DNA of 64,000 nt from a virus (taxonomy: Duplodnaviria > Caudoviricetes): positions 4,721 through 68,720 of IMG/VR virus record IMGVR_UViG_3300005459_000006. One strand, 5' to 3'. Below are positions 24,493 through 34,659 of the stretch, piece by piece. How positions within the stretch are numbered: position 1 is the stretch's first letter; every line of letters starts with the position of its first letter. Position numbers and translations under genes: made by a program. The notes beneath the pieces are model-generated. The model made no database searches, was not told the origin of the DNA, and saw only the letters and a list, made by a program, of their open reading frames with translations.

Positions 24493-24906
24493 ATGACCAA
24501 CATTTTTGACGAGCACCTGCCTCCTCTTCCCTCGAAGGAGGAGTCCGCGACGGAGGAACGGTCACGTTCCAACAAGCGAGATGTGGAAGGGGTGGGAGTG
24601 CTCGCGCTGCGACGTGGGCAGATCCGGCTGCAAGAACTCAGTGGTGAGGCGTTTGATACTCTGCGGGAAGCTATGAGATTCGCGGAGTATCCGGTGGCTG
24701 TATCCGCGGCCAAGGCTGTGCTGGATCGGTCGGGGTTTGGGCCGACATCGACGCTCAAGATTCAGGAAGGCGATCTGGAAGAACTGTCGACTTCGGAGCT
24801 TGCCGCTCTGGCGATCAAGCTCGCTTCTCGTTTAGCACCAAATCATCAATCCGAATCGAACGTATCAGTTGAAACGCCGGGACCGACTCTGAAACGAGTC
24901 CATTAG
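24493..24906 (+). CDS. putative terminase small subunit
   Basis: helical protein directly upstream of TerL; AAKAVLDRSG motif typical of TerS-like proteins. Confidence 0.6.
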   Translation: MTNIFDEHLPPLPSKEESATEERSRSNKRDVEGVGVLALRRGQIRLQELSGEAFDTLREAMRFAEYPVAVSAAKAVLDRSGFGPTSTLKIQEGDLEELSTSELAALAIKLASRLAPNHQSESNVSVETPGPTLKRVH

Positions 24907-24993
24907 GACTTGTCGGTCTAGGACACAACGATACCCTCCTCCTCTGCACTTCTGGCGGACCAGAATCCGCGCGCAGCCGCGCGGCTGGAAGAG

Positions 24994-26487
24994 TTGCCGC
25001 CGGAAGATGCACTGATCTTAATCACAAGAGAACTGGAACGACGGCGATTTTTGGAACGGCCCGACGAGTGGGTACGGGAACGTCTGCGCGAACATATGTG
25101 GTCGTTCCAGAAACAAGTTATTCTGGCTGTGCAGCAGCATCGTTTGGTGCTGGTAAAGACTTGTCATGGGGTGGGCAAATCGTGGACGGCGGCTCGGACA
25201 GCCGGTCACTGGTTGGATGTTCATCCGCGGGGTAAGGCTTTCGTAGTGACGAGCGCTCCATCTGCGCCGCAGATCAAGGCGATTCTGTGGAGGGAGATCG
25301 GGCGGGTTCACGACATTGGAGGGCTAGACGGACGGGTCAATCAGTTGGAGTGGTACATGACGGTTGCGTCGGGGAGGGAGGAACTCGTCGCATTCGGTCG
25401 TAAACCTGATGACTATGATCCGGCGGCTTTTCAGGGTATCCATGCACGATTCGTTTTAGTCATCCTCGATGAGGCTAACGGGATTCGAGGAGCTTTGCAT
25501 GAAGCCGCGTCGTCGCTCATTGCGAACGACTATGGGCGCATGCTCATGATCGGGAATCCGGACGATCCTCAGGGGGAATACTTTGAAGCGTCGAAGCCAG
25601 GATCAGGATGGTTCGTCCTCCAAGTCGGGGCATTCGACTCGCCGAACTTTACGGGCGAAGAAATCCCAGCTGAGCTTCGGCATGACCTTATCGGCAGACT
25701 CTACGTTGAAGAGAAAAGGCGGAAATGGGCGCCGAAATGGGTCTGGGTTGACAAAGAAGGTCAGCCTTCGAGTCCTGAAGAAGGAGTTAGGGTAGTCCCA
25801 CCGGCAGACATCAGGCCAGAAGAGATCAATCCGTTCTGGTCGTCAAAAATACTCGGCGAATTCCCAGCCGTCTCCCTCGAGCAGTCCCTCATTCCTCTTT
25901 CCTGGATCCTTGCAGCTCAAAAACGGACTCTGATGAGGCGCGGAGGCGGCACCATCGGGTTAGACGTTGGGGCGGGCGGGGATGCATCGTGCGGAGCACA
26001 CAACGATTCGGGTGTTTGCCGGATTCTTTGGGAGGACAACAACCCTGACACGATGCAGACGTGTGGTAAGGCCGTGGAGGCGTTGCATGAAGTCGGGGCG
26101 GAGAAGGTTCATGTAGACGTAATCGGAATCGGTCGGGGAGTGGTGGATCGGGGGAAGGAACTTGGTGAGCCTTTCTTTGAAGTCAACGTTTCTGATGCAC
26201 CAGATGACCCGAAGCGATTCCTCAACCACCGATCCGAGATTTGGTGGGATGTACGGACTGCTTTTGAGCGTGGTCAGATCGATTTGGACCCTGAAGACGA
26301 GGATACTGCGGCGGAACTCGTTGAAATTAGGTATAAGAGGTCCTCCGTTGGCAAAATCCAGATTGAATCAAAGCAGGAGGCCAAAAATCGAGGTGTGAAG
26401 TCGCCGAATCGCGCAGAATCTATCATGCTGTCGTATGCGAAGATTCGGAAAAAGTATACTGAAGCAACATGGGGAGCTAAGAACTAA
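24994..26487 (+). CDS. terL: terminase large subunit
   Basis: Walker A HGVGKS, Walker B VILDEA, GNP, nuclease GLDVG and VDVIG, SPNRAES. Confidence 0.93.
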   Translation: MPPEDALILITRELERRRFLERPDEWVRERLREHMWSFQKQVILAVQQHRLVLVKTCHGVGKSWTAARTAGHWLDVHPRGKAFVVTSAPSAPQIKAILWREIGRVHDIGGLDGRVNQLEWYMTVASGREELVAFGRKPDDYDPAAFQGIHARFVLVILDEANGIRGALHEAASSLIANDYGRMLMIGNPDDPQGEYFEASKPGSGWFVLQVGAFDSPNFTGEEIPAELRHDLIGRLYVEEKRRKWAPKWVWVDKEGQPSSPEEGVRVVPPADIRPEEINPFWSSKILGEFPAVSLEQSLIPLSWILAAQKRTLMRRGGGTIGLDVGAGGDASCGAHNDSGVCRILWEDNNPDTMQTCGKAVEALHEVGAEKVHVDVIGIGRGVVDRGKELGEPFFEVNVSDAPDDPKRFLNHRSEIWWDVRTAFERGQIDLDPEDEDTAAELVEIRYKRSSVGKIQIESKQEAKNRGVKSPNRAESIMLSYAKIRKKYTEATWGAKN

Positions 26488-26489
26488 TC

Positions 26490-27896
26490 ATGGGATCAGG
26501 AATGGAGGCACTCCGTACGTTGGCGTCCATTATTGGCCCACGAGCGGCTCTCTCAGCTGCTTTAGGAAAGACTTTCGGTGGAATGCGGGACCTCGCACGG
26601 GTCCTGGGCTACAAATCAAGTCTCGATATCAACGACTATCGCCTATGTGCGCGACGGAATCCTTTGGGCAGTCGCATCATTCGGGCATTCCCTCAAGGGA
26701 CATGGAGGGGTGGCGGGGAGCTGATCGAGGACGATGAGAAGCAGGATTACACGCCGTTCGAGAAGCAGTGGCACGATCTTGCTGTGCGCCTCAGGTTGTG
26801 GCGCGTGTTTTATCGTGCTGATGTCCTTGCTGGCCTGGATCGCTATTCTTGCATTCTCCTCGGAGCACCCGGTGCGCTGAACACTCCGCTACAAGATGCT
26901 CGCGGACCTGAAGATTTGGTCTACGCGAAGCCTTACGCGGACGATATCCTCACAATTGAGGAGTTGGAGTCCAATTCCAACGATATTCGGTTCGGCAAGC
27001 CGAAAATGTATCGTCTGAAGCCTCCAAAGCTCGATAAAGAAGTCAAAGTCGTGAAATTTCCGACTTTGGAAGACAAGATGGTCCATTGGACCCGCGTAAT
27101 CCACGTTTGCGACGACTTGGAAGACGATTTATACGGTTCTCCTCGACTGGAATGCGTTTGGAACCGACTGGATGACCTGGATAAGGTCACTGGTGGAGGC
27201 GCAGAGGCGTTCTGGTTGAGGGCGAATCAGGGGATTCAGGTTGACGTTGAGAAAGAGATCGATCTCTCCACTGAGGCGGAAAAGAGACTCGATGAAGAGG
27301 TCGATCGCTATATCCACGAAATTTCGCGAGTTTTGCGAACTCGTGGCACAACGGTCAACACGTTGGGAAGCGAAGTTGCGGACTTTAAGAACCCGGTAGC
27401 CGCGATTATCGCTCAAATTTGCAGCGGAACTGGAATTCCGCAGCGAATTTTGATGGGTTCGGAGCGTGGTGAGCTCGCATCGACTCAGGATCGAGACAAT
27501 TGGTTCGATCAGATCGGTGATAGGCGCTTACAGTTCGCGGAACCGAATCTTATCAACGTTTTGACCGACCGTTTGATTGAATTTAAGTTCCTCGGAAAGC
27601 CCGCACAGTACGAAACTCGCTGGTCGCAGCTGAAAAGTCTGGATGACGGACAAAAAGCCGACTTGGCGATCAAAATCGCGACCGTTAACAAGTATCAGGG
27701 CGAAACGGTCGTTACGGCGGACGAAATTCGGGACCGCGTGTTTGGTTATCCGAAGTTGACCGAGGAACAGAAGAAAGAAGAGGCGGCTAAGGCCGCGGCG
27801 AAGAAGCCAGCTTTCGGTCAACCTCCAGGACAGCCCGGTTCTCGTAAGAATCCGGCTCTTCCGGAGGATGCAAATCAGGTGCGGGCACAGCAATGA
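26490..27896 (+). CDS. portal protein (DUF1073-like)
   Basis: position after TerL; YGSPRLE, TGIPQRILMG..GELASTQDRDNW. Confidence 0.85.
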   Translation: MGSGMEALRTLASIIGPRAALSAALGKTFGGMRDLARVLGYKSSLDINDYRLCARRNPLGSRIIRAFPQGTWRGGGELIEDDEKQDYTPFEKQWHDLAVRLRLWRVFYRADVLAGLDRYSCILLGAPGALNTPLQDARGPEDLVYAKPYADDILTIEELESNSNDIRFGKPKMYRLKPPKLDKEVKVVKFPTLEDKMVHWTRVIHVCDDLEDDLYGSPRLECVWNRLDDLDKVTGGGAEAFWLRANQGIQVDVEKEIDLSTEAEKRLDEEVDRYIHEISRVLRTRGTTVNTLGSEVADFKNPVAAIIAQICSGTGIPQRILMGSERGELASTQDRDNWFDQIGDRRLQFAEPNLINVLTDRLIEFKFLGKPAQYETRWSQLKSLDDGQKADLAIKIATVNKYQGETVVTADEIRDRVFGYPKLTEEQKKEEAAKAAAKKPAFGQPPGQPGSRKNPALPEDANQVRAQQ

Positions 27897-28273
27897 TTCA
27901 TCAATATGTGTCAACGGCGTGTCAGCATGGTTTGCATGCTCGGTGCAGACAGAAGTGCAAATTCTGCGATGTGGACTGTTTGTGTCTCTGTCATCGCAGC
28001 AACATCCAGAACTCATTGAATCGTATCGAGGCGGCGCTCACAGCAGTTCAAAAACAAGGAGTCGTAGTCATGCAGGAATTGGATGATCTCAAGGCACAGG
28101 TCGAGGAGACGACGACGGTCGAACAGTCGGCGATCGAGCTCCTCAACGGACTCAGTTCACAGATCGAATCACTGAAAACCGATCCCACCGCCTTACAGGG
28201 CCTCGCCGATCAGCTCAGGTCGAAATCGGGCGAGCTCGCGGCTGCGGTCGCCGCCAACACGCCGAGCGCGTAG
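27893..28273 (+). CDS. hypothetical protein: Cys/His-rich N-terminus plus helical domain, with probable internal start at 28070
   Basis: AAGGAG 8 nt before the in-frame ATG 28070. Confidence 0.65.
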   Translation: MIHQYVSTACQHGLHARCRQKCKFCDVDCLCLCHRSNIQNSLNRIEAALTAVQKQGVVVMQELDDLKAQVEETTTVEQSAIELLNGLSSQIESLKTDPTALQGLADQLRSKSGELAAAVAANTPSA

Positions 28274-28286
28274 CGCCGGATCGACA

Positions 28287-29786
28287 ATGAGCACGGCTGG
28301 GACCATAAAATTTCCGTTCACGACGGATTTTCCAAACAATCCGGCGTACGACATTTCCGCTGATGTCGTCAATGAAGGAACGTTTAAGGTCGCTGGTGGT
28401 CCTGACGGGGAAGTGCTCGTTGTCGATTCGACCCATCCGAGCGGATTCGGAACTATCCCACAGCCAATCGGGGAACAGGGAGAACAGGGTATCCAAGGCC
28501 CGCAGGGAGAACAGGGTATCCAAGGGATTCAGGGGCCTCAAGGACCAGCTGGAGCGGATGGGGCTGATGGAGCCGATGGAGCGGATGGCGCAACTGGACC
28601 TCAAGGCCCACAGGGTCCTCAGGGTGTTCAAGGTCCGCAGGGCATACAGGGAATTCCCGGACCAGTTGCTGACCCACTGACAACGTCAACGCTGATCGGT
28701 GGGACGGGAACTACTTCCACTCTTACTCTGAAACCAACGAGTGGAGTTGGCGCTGCCGGTGCGGATATCATTCTGAAGGTCGGCAACAACGGTGCGACCG
28801 AAGCGTTACGGCTTCAAAATGACGGTAGCCTGCTTCTCCAGAAAGACGCGTGGATCTACGGACTGCATACGAACGGATCCACACAGCGTCAAGTCATTCG
28901 ATATTCGAACGATCGCACTGAAATCGGCTCAGCGACTGGACGAGGAGTAACAGGTCCATCCGGTGCTGCGCTGATTGTTGACCGTCTGTACATGGACAAT
29001 GAAATTCTCCATGGACAGGACAGCTATGGAGGTTTCACCAATCGACTGACATGGCGGGCACCTGCGAATGGTGTCCTGACTTTACTGAATTGGAATGAAA
29101 CTACTTTTGATCGACTCCAGTTCGGTGGCACGTCCGCTTCGTTCCCAGCGCTGAAACGATCTGGCGCAGATCTTAAGATCCGTTTAGCCGATGATTCTGC
29201 TGCCGCTATTCTCTTTGCAAAAGCTCTGCGGATTGATTACAATCAATACATAACCGGTCGCAATTCTACCGATACCGCTGACATCAATATGTTCCGCACC
29301 AATTCGAGCAATCGGATTGATGTTGGGGCAGGATTGGATTGCAGCACGATTACAGCCTCTGGTGCGATCACAGGCACACAGTTCAACGGCAGCGTCAGTG
29401 CGGCGGCGTCAGGATTTCTCAGCATTGGCACACGCGGCTATTTCGATGCGACGGCTGATGGTGTTTGGCGTCTTCAGAACGCAGCAGGAACAAGTTTTGG
29501 CAGACTTGGATTCGGTGGGCTGACTTCATCATTCCCTGCGCTCAAACGCTCTGGTGCAAATCTCCAGGTCCGACTTGGGGATGACACTGGTTTCACTGAA
29601 ATTGGTGCCTTGGCAGTCGGGGATGCTTCGATCGCCTTCCGTATTCGTACTTCCCTCGGAACGCCGTCCAGTCTGGCGGAGGGCGACGTCTGGGTCGAGG
29701 GATCTGGCACCTCGCCTGCGCGGGTTTTAGCAGTGAAAGCGTATGATGGAGGAGCGACGCGAACCATTGCGTCGATCACATACTGA
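28287..29786 (+). CDS. collagen-repeat virion fibre protein
   Basis: Gly-X-Y run (GEQGIQGPQ...), duplicated FGG..SSFPALKRSGA.L..RL.DD motif. Confidence 0.8.
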   Translation: MSTAGTIKFPFTTDFPNNPAYDISADVVNEGTFKVAGGPDGEVLVVDSTHPSGFGTIPQPIGEQGEQGIQGPQGEQGIQGIQGPQGPAGADGADGADGADGATGPQGPQGPQGVQGPQGIQGIPGPVADPLTTSTLIGGTGTTSTLTLKPTSGVGAAGADIILKVGNNGATEALRLQNDGSLLLQKDAWIYGLHTNGSTQRQVIRYSNDRTEIGSATGRGVTGPSGAALIVDRLYMDNEILHGQDSYGGFTNRLTWRAPANGVLTLLNWNETTFDRLQFGGTSASFPALKRSGADLKIRLADDSAAAILFAKALRIDYNQYITGRNSTDTADINMFRTNSSNRIDVGAGLDCSTITASGAITGTQFNGSVSAAASGFLSIGTRGYFDATADGVWRLQNAAGTSFGRLGFGGLTSSFPALKRSGANLQVRLGDDTGFTEIGALAVGDASIAFRIRTSLGTPSSLAEGDVWVEGSGTSPARVLAVKAYDGGATRTIASITY

Positions 29787-31426
29787 TGAAGAGATTCCTC
29801 GGCGTCATTTCGGTGGTTCTGCTTGGCACGATCGGGTTGGCGCAAGAACGCCAGATCATGCCACATGGCGATGTTCTTCCAGCGAATTGTGCCGTCGGTG
29901 AGATCTTTATCTTGGGTTCCGGCCCTGTAATTGGTCTCCATGAGTGCATCAGTCCGAACGTGTGGCGTCCTGTTCGGACCGATCCAGCGACAATTCCAGG
30001 TGCTTCTGCGCCGGTATGGGGCGACATCACTGGAACTGTTGCCAATCAGACCGATCTTCAATCTGCTCTGGACGCAAAGGTCGCGACCAACGATGCACGG
30101 TTATCAGATTCTCGTAGTCCAACGGCTCACACTCATCCACAGTCGGATATTACCAATCTCGTCACGGCATTATCAGGTAAAGTTGATACGAGTGATGCGC
30201 GACTTACCGATGCGCGAACTCCAGTCGCCCACACCCATCTTCAGCCAGAAATTACTGGACTTTCTGCTACACTTTTAACGAAGTCCAACACTGGTCACAC
30301 TCATACTCAAGGTGAAATTACAGGACTTGCTGCTGCGCTTTTAACGAAGATAGACACCAATGATGCTCGTCTCACGGATGCACGCACTCCGTTATCACAT
30401 ACCCATGTGGATGCGGATATTCCTAATACCATCACGATTGATTTGGCGGCTACGGCGACGGCTCTAGCGGCTAATCCAGCAGACTGTGCAGCAAATCAGT
30501 TTGCGACAGCAATTGGCGCTAATGGCGACTTGACGTGTGTCGCGCTGACCGATGCTGCTATCCCAGACACCATTACGGTCAATAATGCAACTCTAGCGGC
30601 CACCGCGACGGCTCTAGCGGCCAACCCGACAGATTGTGCTGCGAATCAGTTTGCGACGACGATTGCGGCTAATGGAAATCTTACCTGTGCTGCAATCACC
30701 GACGCAGATGTCCCAGATAACATCACCGTCAGTTTAGCAGCGGCTGCGACTGCACTGGCCGCGAATCCAACAGATTGTGCCGCGAATCAATTCGCAACGA
30801 CGATTGGCGCTAACGGGAATCTAACCTGCGCCGCGTTGACAGACGCTGATATCCCTGATACGATCACGGTCAATTCCGCTACTACAGCAGCGACAGCGAC
30901 AGCCTTAGCTTCTGATCCTGCGGATTGTACTGGTGGGCAGTTTGCGGTAGGAATCACTGCAAACGGCACCGCGACGTGTCAGACGCCATCTGCTGGAACA
31001 GCACCGACTTTCCTGCGCGTAACAGCTGATGTCAGTAACAGCACGGTCAATTTCTCCAACGTAACCGGACTCACTCTTGCGGTTGGGTCTGGAGTCACAG
31101 TAAATTTCAGCTGCAATTTGATCGCATTTGCAGCAGCGACTACGACGGCACCACAGTTCGGCATCAATGGACCTACGGCCTCTGCTATCGATCTTGCAAC
31201 GACGCAAGCGACGACATCTACTGCTGTTTTCAATTCTGTGGTGACAGCCTACGATACGAATGTGAATCCGGTCTCTGGTATCACAACTCCGGGAGGCCCT
31301 GTTCAATTGTATGGCTCGATAGTCACCACAGCTTCGGGCACATTCGCAGTCCGTATTCGTTCTGAAGTTGCGGCCAGTGCAGTCACGGTCAAACGTGGAT
31401 CGTGGTGTATGGTCAACTTGCAGTAG
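29786..31426 (+). CDS. repeat-rich fibre/spike-like protein with N-terminal signal-like peptide
   Basis: DARLTDARTP.AHTH repeats; four ATALA.NP.DC..NQFA..I.ANG..TC repeats. Confidence 0.8.
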   Translation: MKRFLGVISVVLLGTIGLAQERQIMPHGDVLPANCAVGEIFILGSGPVIGLHECISPNVWRPVRTDPATIPGASAPVWGDITGTVANQTDLQSALDAKVATNDARLSDSRSPTAHTHPQSDITNLVTALSGKVDTSDARLTDARTPVAHTHLQPEITGLSATLLTKSNTGHTHTQGEITGLAAALLTKIDTNDARLTDARTPLSHTHVDADIPNTITIDLAATATALAANPADCAANQFATAIGANGDLTCVALTDAAIPDTITVNNATLAATATALAANPTDCAANQFATTIAANGNLTCAAITDADVPDNITVSLAAAATALAANPTDCAANQFATTIGANGNLTCAALTDADIPDTITVNSATTAATATALASDPADCTGGQFAVGITANGTATCQTPSAGTAPTFLRVTADVSNSTVNFSNVTGLTLAVGSGVTVNFSCNLIAFAAATTTAPQFGINGPTASAIDLATTQATTSTAVFNSVVTAYDTNVNPVSGITTPGGPVQLYGSIVTTASGTFAVRIRSEVAASAVTVKRGSWCMVNLQ

Positions 31427-31432
31427 GCTACG

Positions 31433-31717
31433 ATGGCAGAAAAATTTACGCTTCAAGCGCCGATCGCAACATCTCGCACTTCTTACAGTCTGAACTTCTT
31501 GACAATGGACTGGAAGAATGCTGCGGTCCGTGCTGCTGTTGAAGGTGATGATGGCGTCATAGTTCCAATCGAATATGATGGGCCACCTGCAATCGCCGTG
31601 ATGCAATTTATCAACACTGCTGATTTCAGAACACAGTCGATGCATCGACGAGCTATGCTGCGATTCGCGCAAGACGGCAAACTTCCTGCTGGAACGGTTA
31701 GCGGGACTCCGGACTAA
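31433..31717 (+). CDS. hypothetical structural-region protein
   Basis: ORF in the operon. Confidence 0.6.
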   Translation: MAEKFTLQAPIATSRTSYSLNFLTMDWKNAAVRAAVEGDDGVIVPIEYDGPPAIAVMQFINTADFRTQSMHRRAMLRFAQDGKLPAGTVSGTPD

Positions 31718-31896
31718 TGGTCTTCGAAGATCACGTCCGGTTGGAGCTTGGTGAACTTCATTTTCGCATTGCGAAGATTAGGCAAGAAACTGAGCTTTTA
31801 GTGGAAGAAAACGCGAAACTCAGGGACGAAAATCGTAAACTGAAGGAAGAGCTTTCAAAGGAGATCAGGCTACCGATTGAGCTGGAGTCGAAGTGA
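31717..31896 (+). CDS. 59-aa coiled-coil protein, fibre-chaperone-like (not in ORF track)
   Basis: TAATG coupling; heptads LVEENAKLRDENRKLKEEL. Confidence 0.5.
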   Translation: MVFEDHVRLELGELHFRIAKIRQETELLVEENAKLRDENRKLKEELSKEIRLPIELESK

Positions 31897-32119
31897 CGAT
31901 TGGCATCTTTGATCCAGCAATTTTTGATCCAGCAATTTTTGACTCTGGGTTACTCCCATTTCCAGAGCCAACTATTATCGATATCAATGGAAGCGCGGCG
32001 AATCCAGTTTTTGATATTCTAGTTCGTACAACGGTCTCGATCGCAATCCAGGGTTCATCAAGTAATACGATCGATATCATGGCAGGAGTTGCTCCTCTCG
32101 AGTTAGCTGAAGTGTAACG

Positions 32120-32503
32120 ATGGCTACCGAGTTCAACATAACAGACGCGCATCGATTCTTCTTAGGCGAAGATAAGGTCCTTCGTCTGCAAGTCTTCGAG
32201 GAAGATCTCACTACTCCGTTGGACGTGAGTGGCTGGAATCTCGCATTCTATGTTCGCAAGAAAGACAAAGACGCTGACCCAGCACTTATCACAAAAACGC
32301 TCGGCGCTGGCATTCAAGTTGAGGGTACTTTTTCTTCGACTCCTAGTGAGAATCTCCAGAGAGTGCTTATCGATATCGAGAGCGACGATACGAATGGCCT
32401 TAAAGCATCTTCATACCGATACTCAGTGAAGCGCGTTGATGTCGGTAGCGAGACAATTCTGGTCTTCGGTTCGATCGTGTTTCTTCAAGCGACTGCACAC
32501 TGA
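32120..32503 (+). CDS. BppU-like beta-sandwich structural protein
   Basis: PLDVSGWNLAFYVRK...ALITKT motif. Confidence 0.55.
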   Translation: MATEFNITDAHRFFLGEDKVLRLQVFEEDLTTPLDVSGWNLAFYVRKKDKDADPALITKTLGAGIQVEGTFSSTPSENLQRVLIDIESDDTNGLKASSYRYSVKRVDVGSETILVFGSIVFLQATAH

Positions 32504-32504
32504 T

Positions 32505-34127
32505 ATGGCTAAAGAACATCGCTTCCTACGGCTCAAGGGACAAACCGGACAGGTTCGCGTCGCGAAGTATTGCGGGCGTGATCATGTCGTGGTACCTGTC
32601 GTCGGCCTAGTCGAGGGAGTGGTGAAATCGGCCAACTCCAAGCGATGGGAATACATCCCGGGATCTGAAATTTCAGCGATGGTCGCCAATGGCTGGAATG
32701 GACGACCGGTTCTGCCGGATCACCCACAAGTGGACGGCAACTATGTCTTGGCGAATAATCCCGACATTCTCGAGAAGTATCGATTCGGTGAACTCTTCAA
32801 TACGTCTACGTCGGACGAGAAGCTCACCTTCGAAGCGTGGCTGGATGCAGATCGTGCCAGTGTCGTCGGCCCAGACGCGGTTAGCGTCGTTGAGCGAGCG
32901 AAAGCTGGTCAACCGATCGAAATCTCTATCGGCGCTTTGATGGAAGCGGAAGAAAAGTCCGGCACTTTCGACGGCAAGCCGTACGATGCGATCTGGCGCA
33001 ACATCGTTGGCGATCATCTCGCCATGTTACAGGAAGGAAGGCGTGGAGCGTGCAACAACGATATGGGGTGTGGAGCTCCGCGCTTTGCAGCGGAGGAGTT
33101 CCAGATGGCTGACACGAATGAGACCGACGACAAGAAGAAGACCCTCCGCGAACGACTGATGTCACTCATCACTTTCAAGAGTGGCAAGGCCGAAGCGGAC
33201 ACGAGCGACTCCGATCTCCGGAGCATGCTCAGTCAGGCACTACGCGCCGTCGAGCCGGGATACATGGGAATCGATTCCGTGTTTCCCAACGAGAAGCTCG
33301 TCGTCTACGCCGTGATGCCCAAAGACGAATTCCAACTTTTCCGCCGTAGCTACGAAGTCAACAGCGGGGAAGTCAAGCTGGCGAAAGAGAAAGAGGAAGT
33401 CAAGCCAGTCACCAGATACGAACCACTCAGTGAGGCAGCGCCCGCTCCGTGCGGATGTCGCAACAATGCAGAAGGAGAACAAAACATGAAAACGAAGGCG
33501 GAGCGTGTCAAGGCACTCATCGACAACCCCAAGATGAAGCTTGCCAAGGAAAGTCAGGCCGCGCTGGAAGCATCGCCGGACACCGTCATCGATTCCCTCG
33601 AACAGGCGGCGGTCGTTCTCGAGGCAGGCGGCGGAACTGCTCGCGAACCCGAGGGCGAGAAGGGCGGCGACAAGAGCGGGCAGTCGTCTGTTTCGTCCAA
33701 TCCTGCCCAGCAGGGTGACAAGAGCGGGCAGACCGGTTCGCAGACTGGATCCGAAACCGACGCGACCCGTCACAACTCCTCGAGGGTGCTCTCGATGGAG
33801 GAGTTCCTCGCATCGGCGCCACCGGAGTTGCGCGACGGATTCCGTGCGACGGCGGCGTTCGCCAAGGAGCACAAGGCCGCGGCGATCAAGGTGCTCAAGG
33901 AATCCAAGCGGTGTGACTACAGCGACGCCGAGCTCGAGGCGATGGACGTCGTCGCGCTCGAGAAGATGGCGAAGCTCGTCGGCGCCACCGTTCCGGCAAC
34001 CGGTCGCGTGGATTACATGCCTCAGGGCGTGCGGTCCAACGTCGGCGAGACCCAGGAAGAGACCGTCCCCGATCCGCCGGATTTCTACCAGGACATCCGG
34101 GTCGCTGCGGCAGGCACCAAGAAGTAG
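32505..34127 (+). CDS. capsid maturation protease/scaffold (DUF2213-like), with probable internal scaffold starts at 33105 and 33486
   Basis: WNGRPVLPDHP, DHLAML..GRRGAC; in-frame ATGs preceded by GGAGGAG and AAGGAG. Confidence 0.85.
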   Translation: MAKEHRFLRLKGQTGQVRVAKYCGRDHVVVPVVGLVEGVVKSANSKRWEYIPGSEISAMVANGWNGRPVLPDHPQVDGNYVLANNPDILEKYRFGELFNTSTSDEKLTFEAWLDADRASVVGPDAVSVVERAKAGQPIEISIGALMEAEEKSGTFDGKPYDAIWRNIVGDHLAMLQEGRRGACNNDMGCGAPRFAAEEFQMADTNETDDKKKTLRERLMSLITFKSGKAEADTSDSDLRSMLSQALRAVEPGYMGIDSVFPNEKLVVYAVMPKDEFQLFRRSYEVNSGEVKLAKEKEEVKPVTRYEPLSEAAPAPCGCRNNAEGEQNMKTKAERVKALIDNPKMKLAKESQAALEASPDTVIDSLEQAAVVLEAGGGTAREPEGEKGGDKSGQSSVSSNPAQQGDKSGQTGSQTGSETDATRHNSSRVLSMEEFLASAPPELRDGFRATAAFAKEHKAAAIKVLKESKRCDYSDAELEAMDVVALEKMAKLVGATVPATGRVDYMPQGVRSNVGETQEETVPDPPDFYQDIRVAAAGTKK

Positions 34128-34178
34128 CTCAGTCCCACTGGTCGTCGTGAAGTAAACGTAGAGAACAAAGGAGCAGAC

Positions 34179-34601
34179 ATGGCAAAGCGAGTAATCGCTC
34201 TGCTCGGTGAGCCGATCCAGACCGAGGACTGGGCTGCCGCAGAAGCGATCACCCCTGGGATGCTCGTCAATATCAACGGAAGCGGCCTCCTGATCAAGCA
34301 GGCGACTGCTGCCGCGGATTGCGCTCACATGTATGCCATGGAGCGTGACGAGATGGGCGACGATATCGATGTCGCCTACGCGATCGGCGATACGGTCAAA
34401 GTCGGTTGCTTCCACGCCGGGATGCGAGTGAATGCGTTCATCGCTTCCGGTCAGAACATCGCGCTCGGCGCGTATCTCGAATCCGCTGGCGGCGGAGCAT
34501 TTCGTGTTCTGGCCGCGGGCAAGGTCAAGCTCCAGGCCCTGGAAGCGGTGAACAACGCCGCGGGACCTGGACCTGCTCGGATTCGCGGGCTCGTAGTCTA
34601 A
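34179..34601 (+). CDS. capsid decoration/cement protein
   Basis: AAEAITPGMLV, position between scaffold and MCP. Confidence 0.7.
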   Translation: MAKRVIALLGEPIQTEDWAAAEAITPGMLVNINGSGLLIKQATAAADCAHMYAMERDEMGDDIDVAYAIGDTVKVGCFHAGMRVNAFIASGQNIALGAYLESAGGGAFRVLAAGKVKLQALEAVNNAAGPGPARIRGLVV

Positions 34602-34659
34602 CGAACGAGTCATCTCGTCACCAGCAGTTCTCGAGATTGTCTGACAAGGAGTGATGCAA

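Noticed and set aside
26769-26783. RpoN-like TGGCACGATCTTGCT in the portal gene, and similar hits at 16984, 17410, 22121 and 23781
   Set aside because: Spacing is off by one or the -12 GC is missing; RpoN requires GG-N10-GC.
26490-27896. Anti-CBASS Acb1-like annotation sometimes attached to DUF1073 proteins
   Set aside because: Position and length fit a portal; no phosphoesterase HxT motifs seen.
30430-30960. Regular repeats suggesting a CRISPR array or DGR template
   Set aside because: They are in-frame, degenerate protein repeats. There are no unique spacers, and no cas or reverse transcriptase gene in the window.
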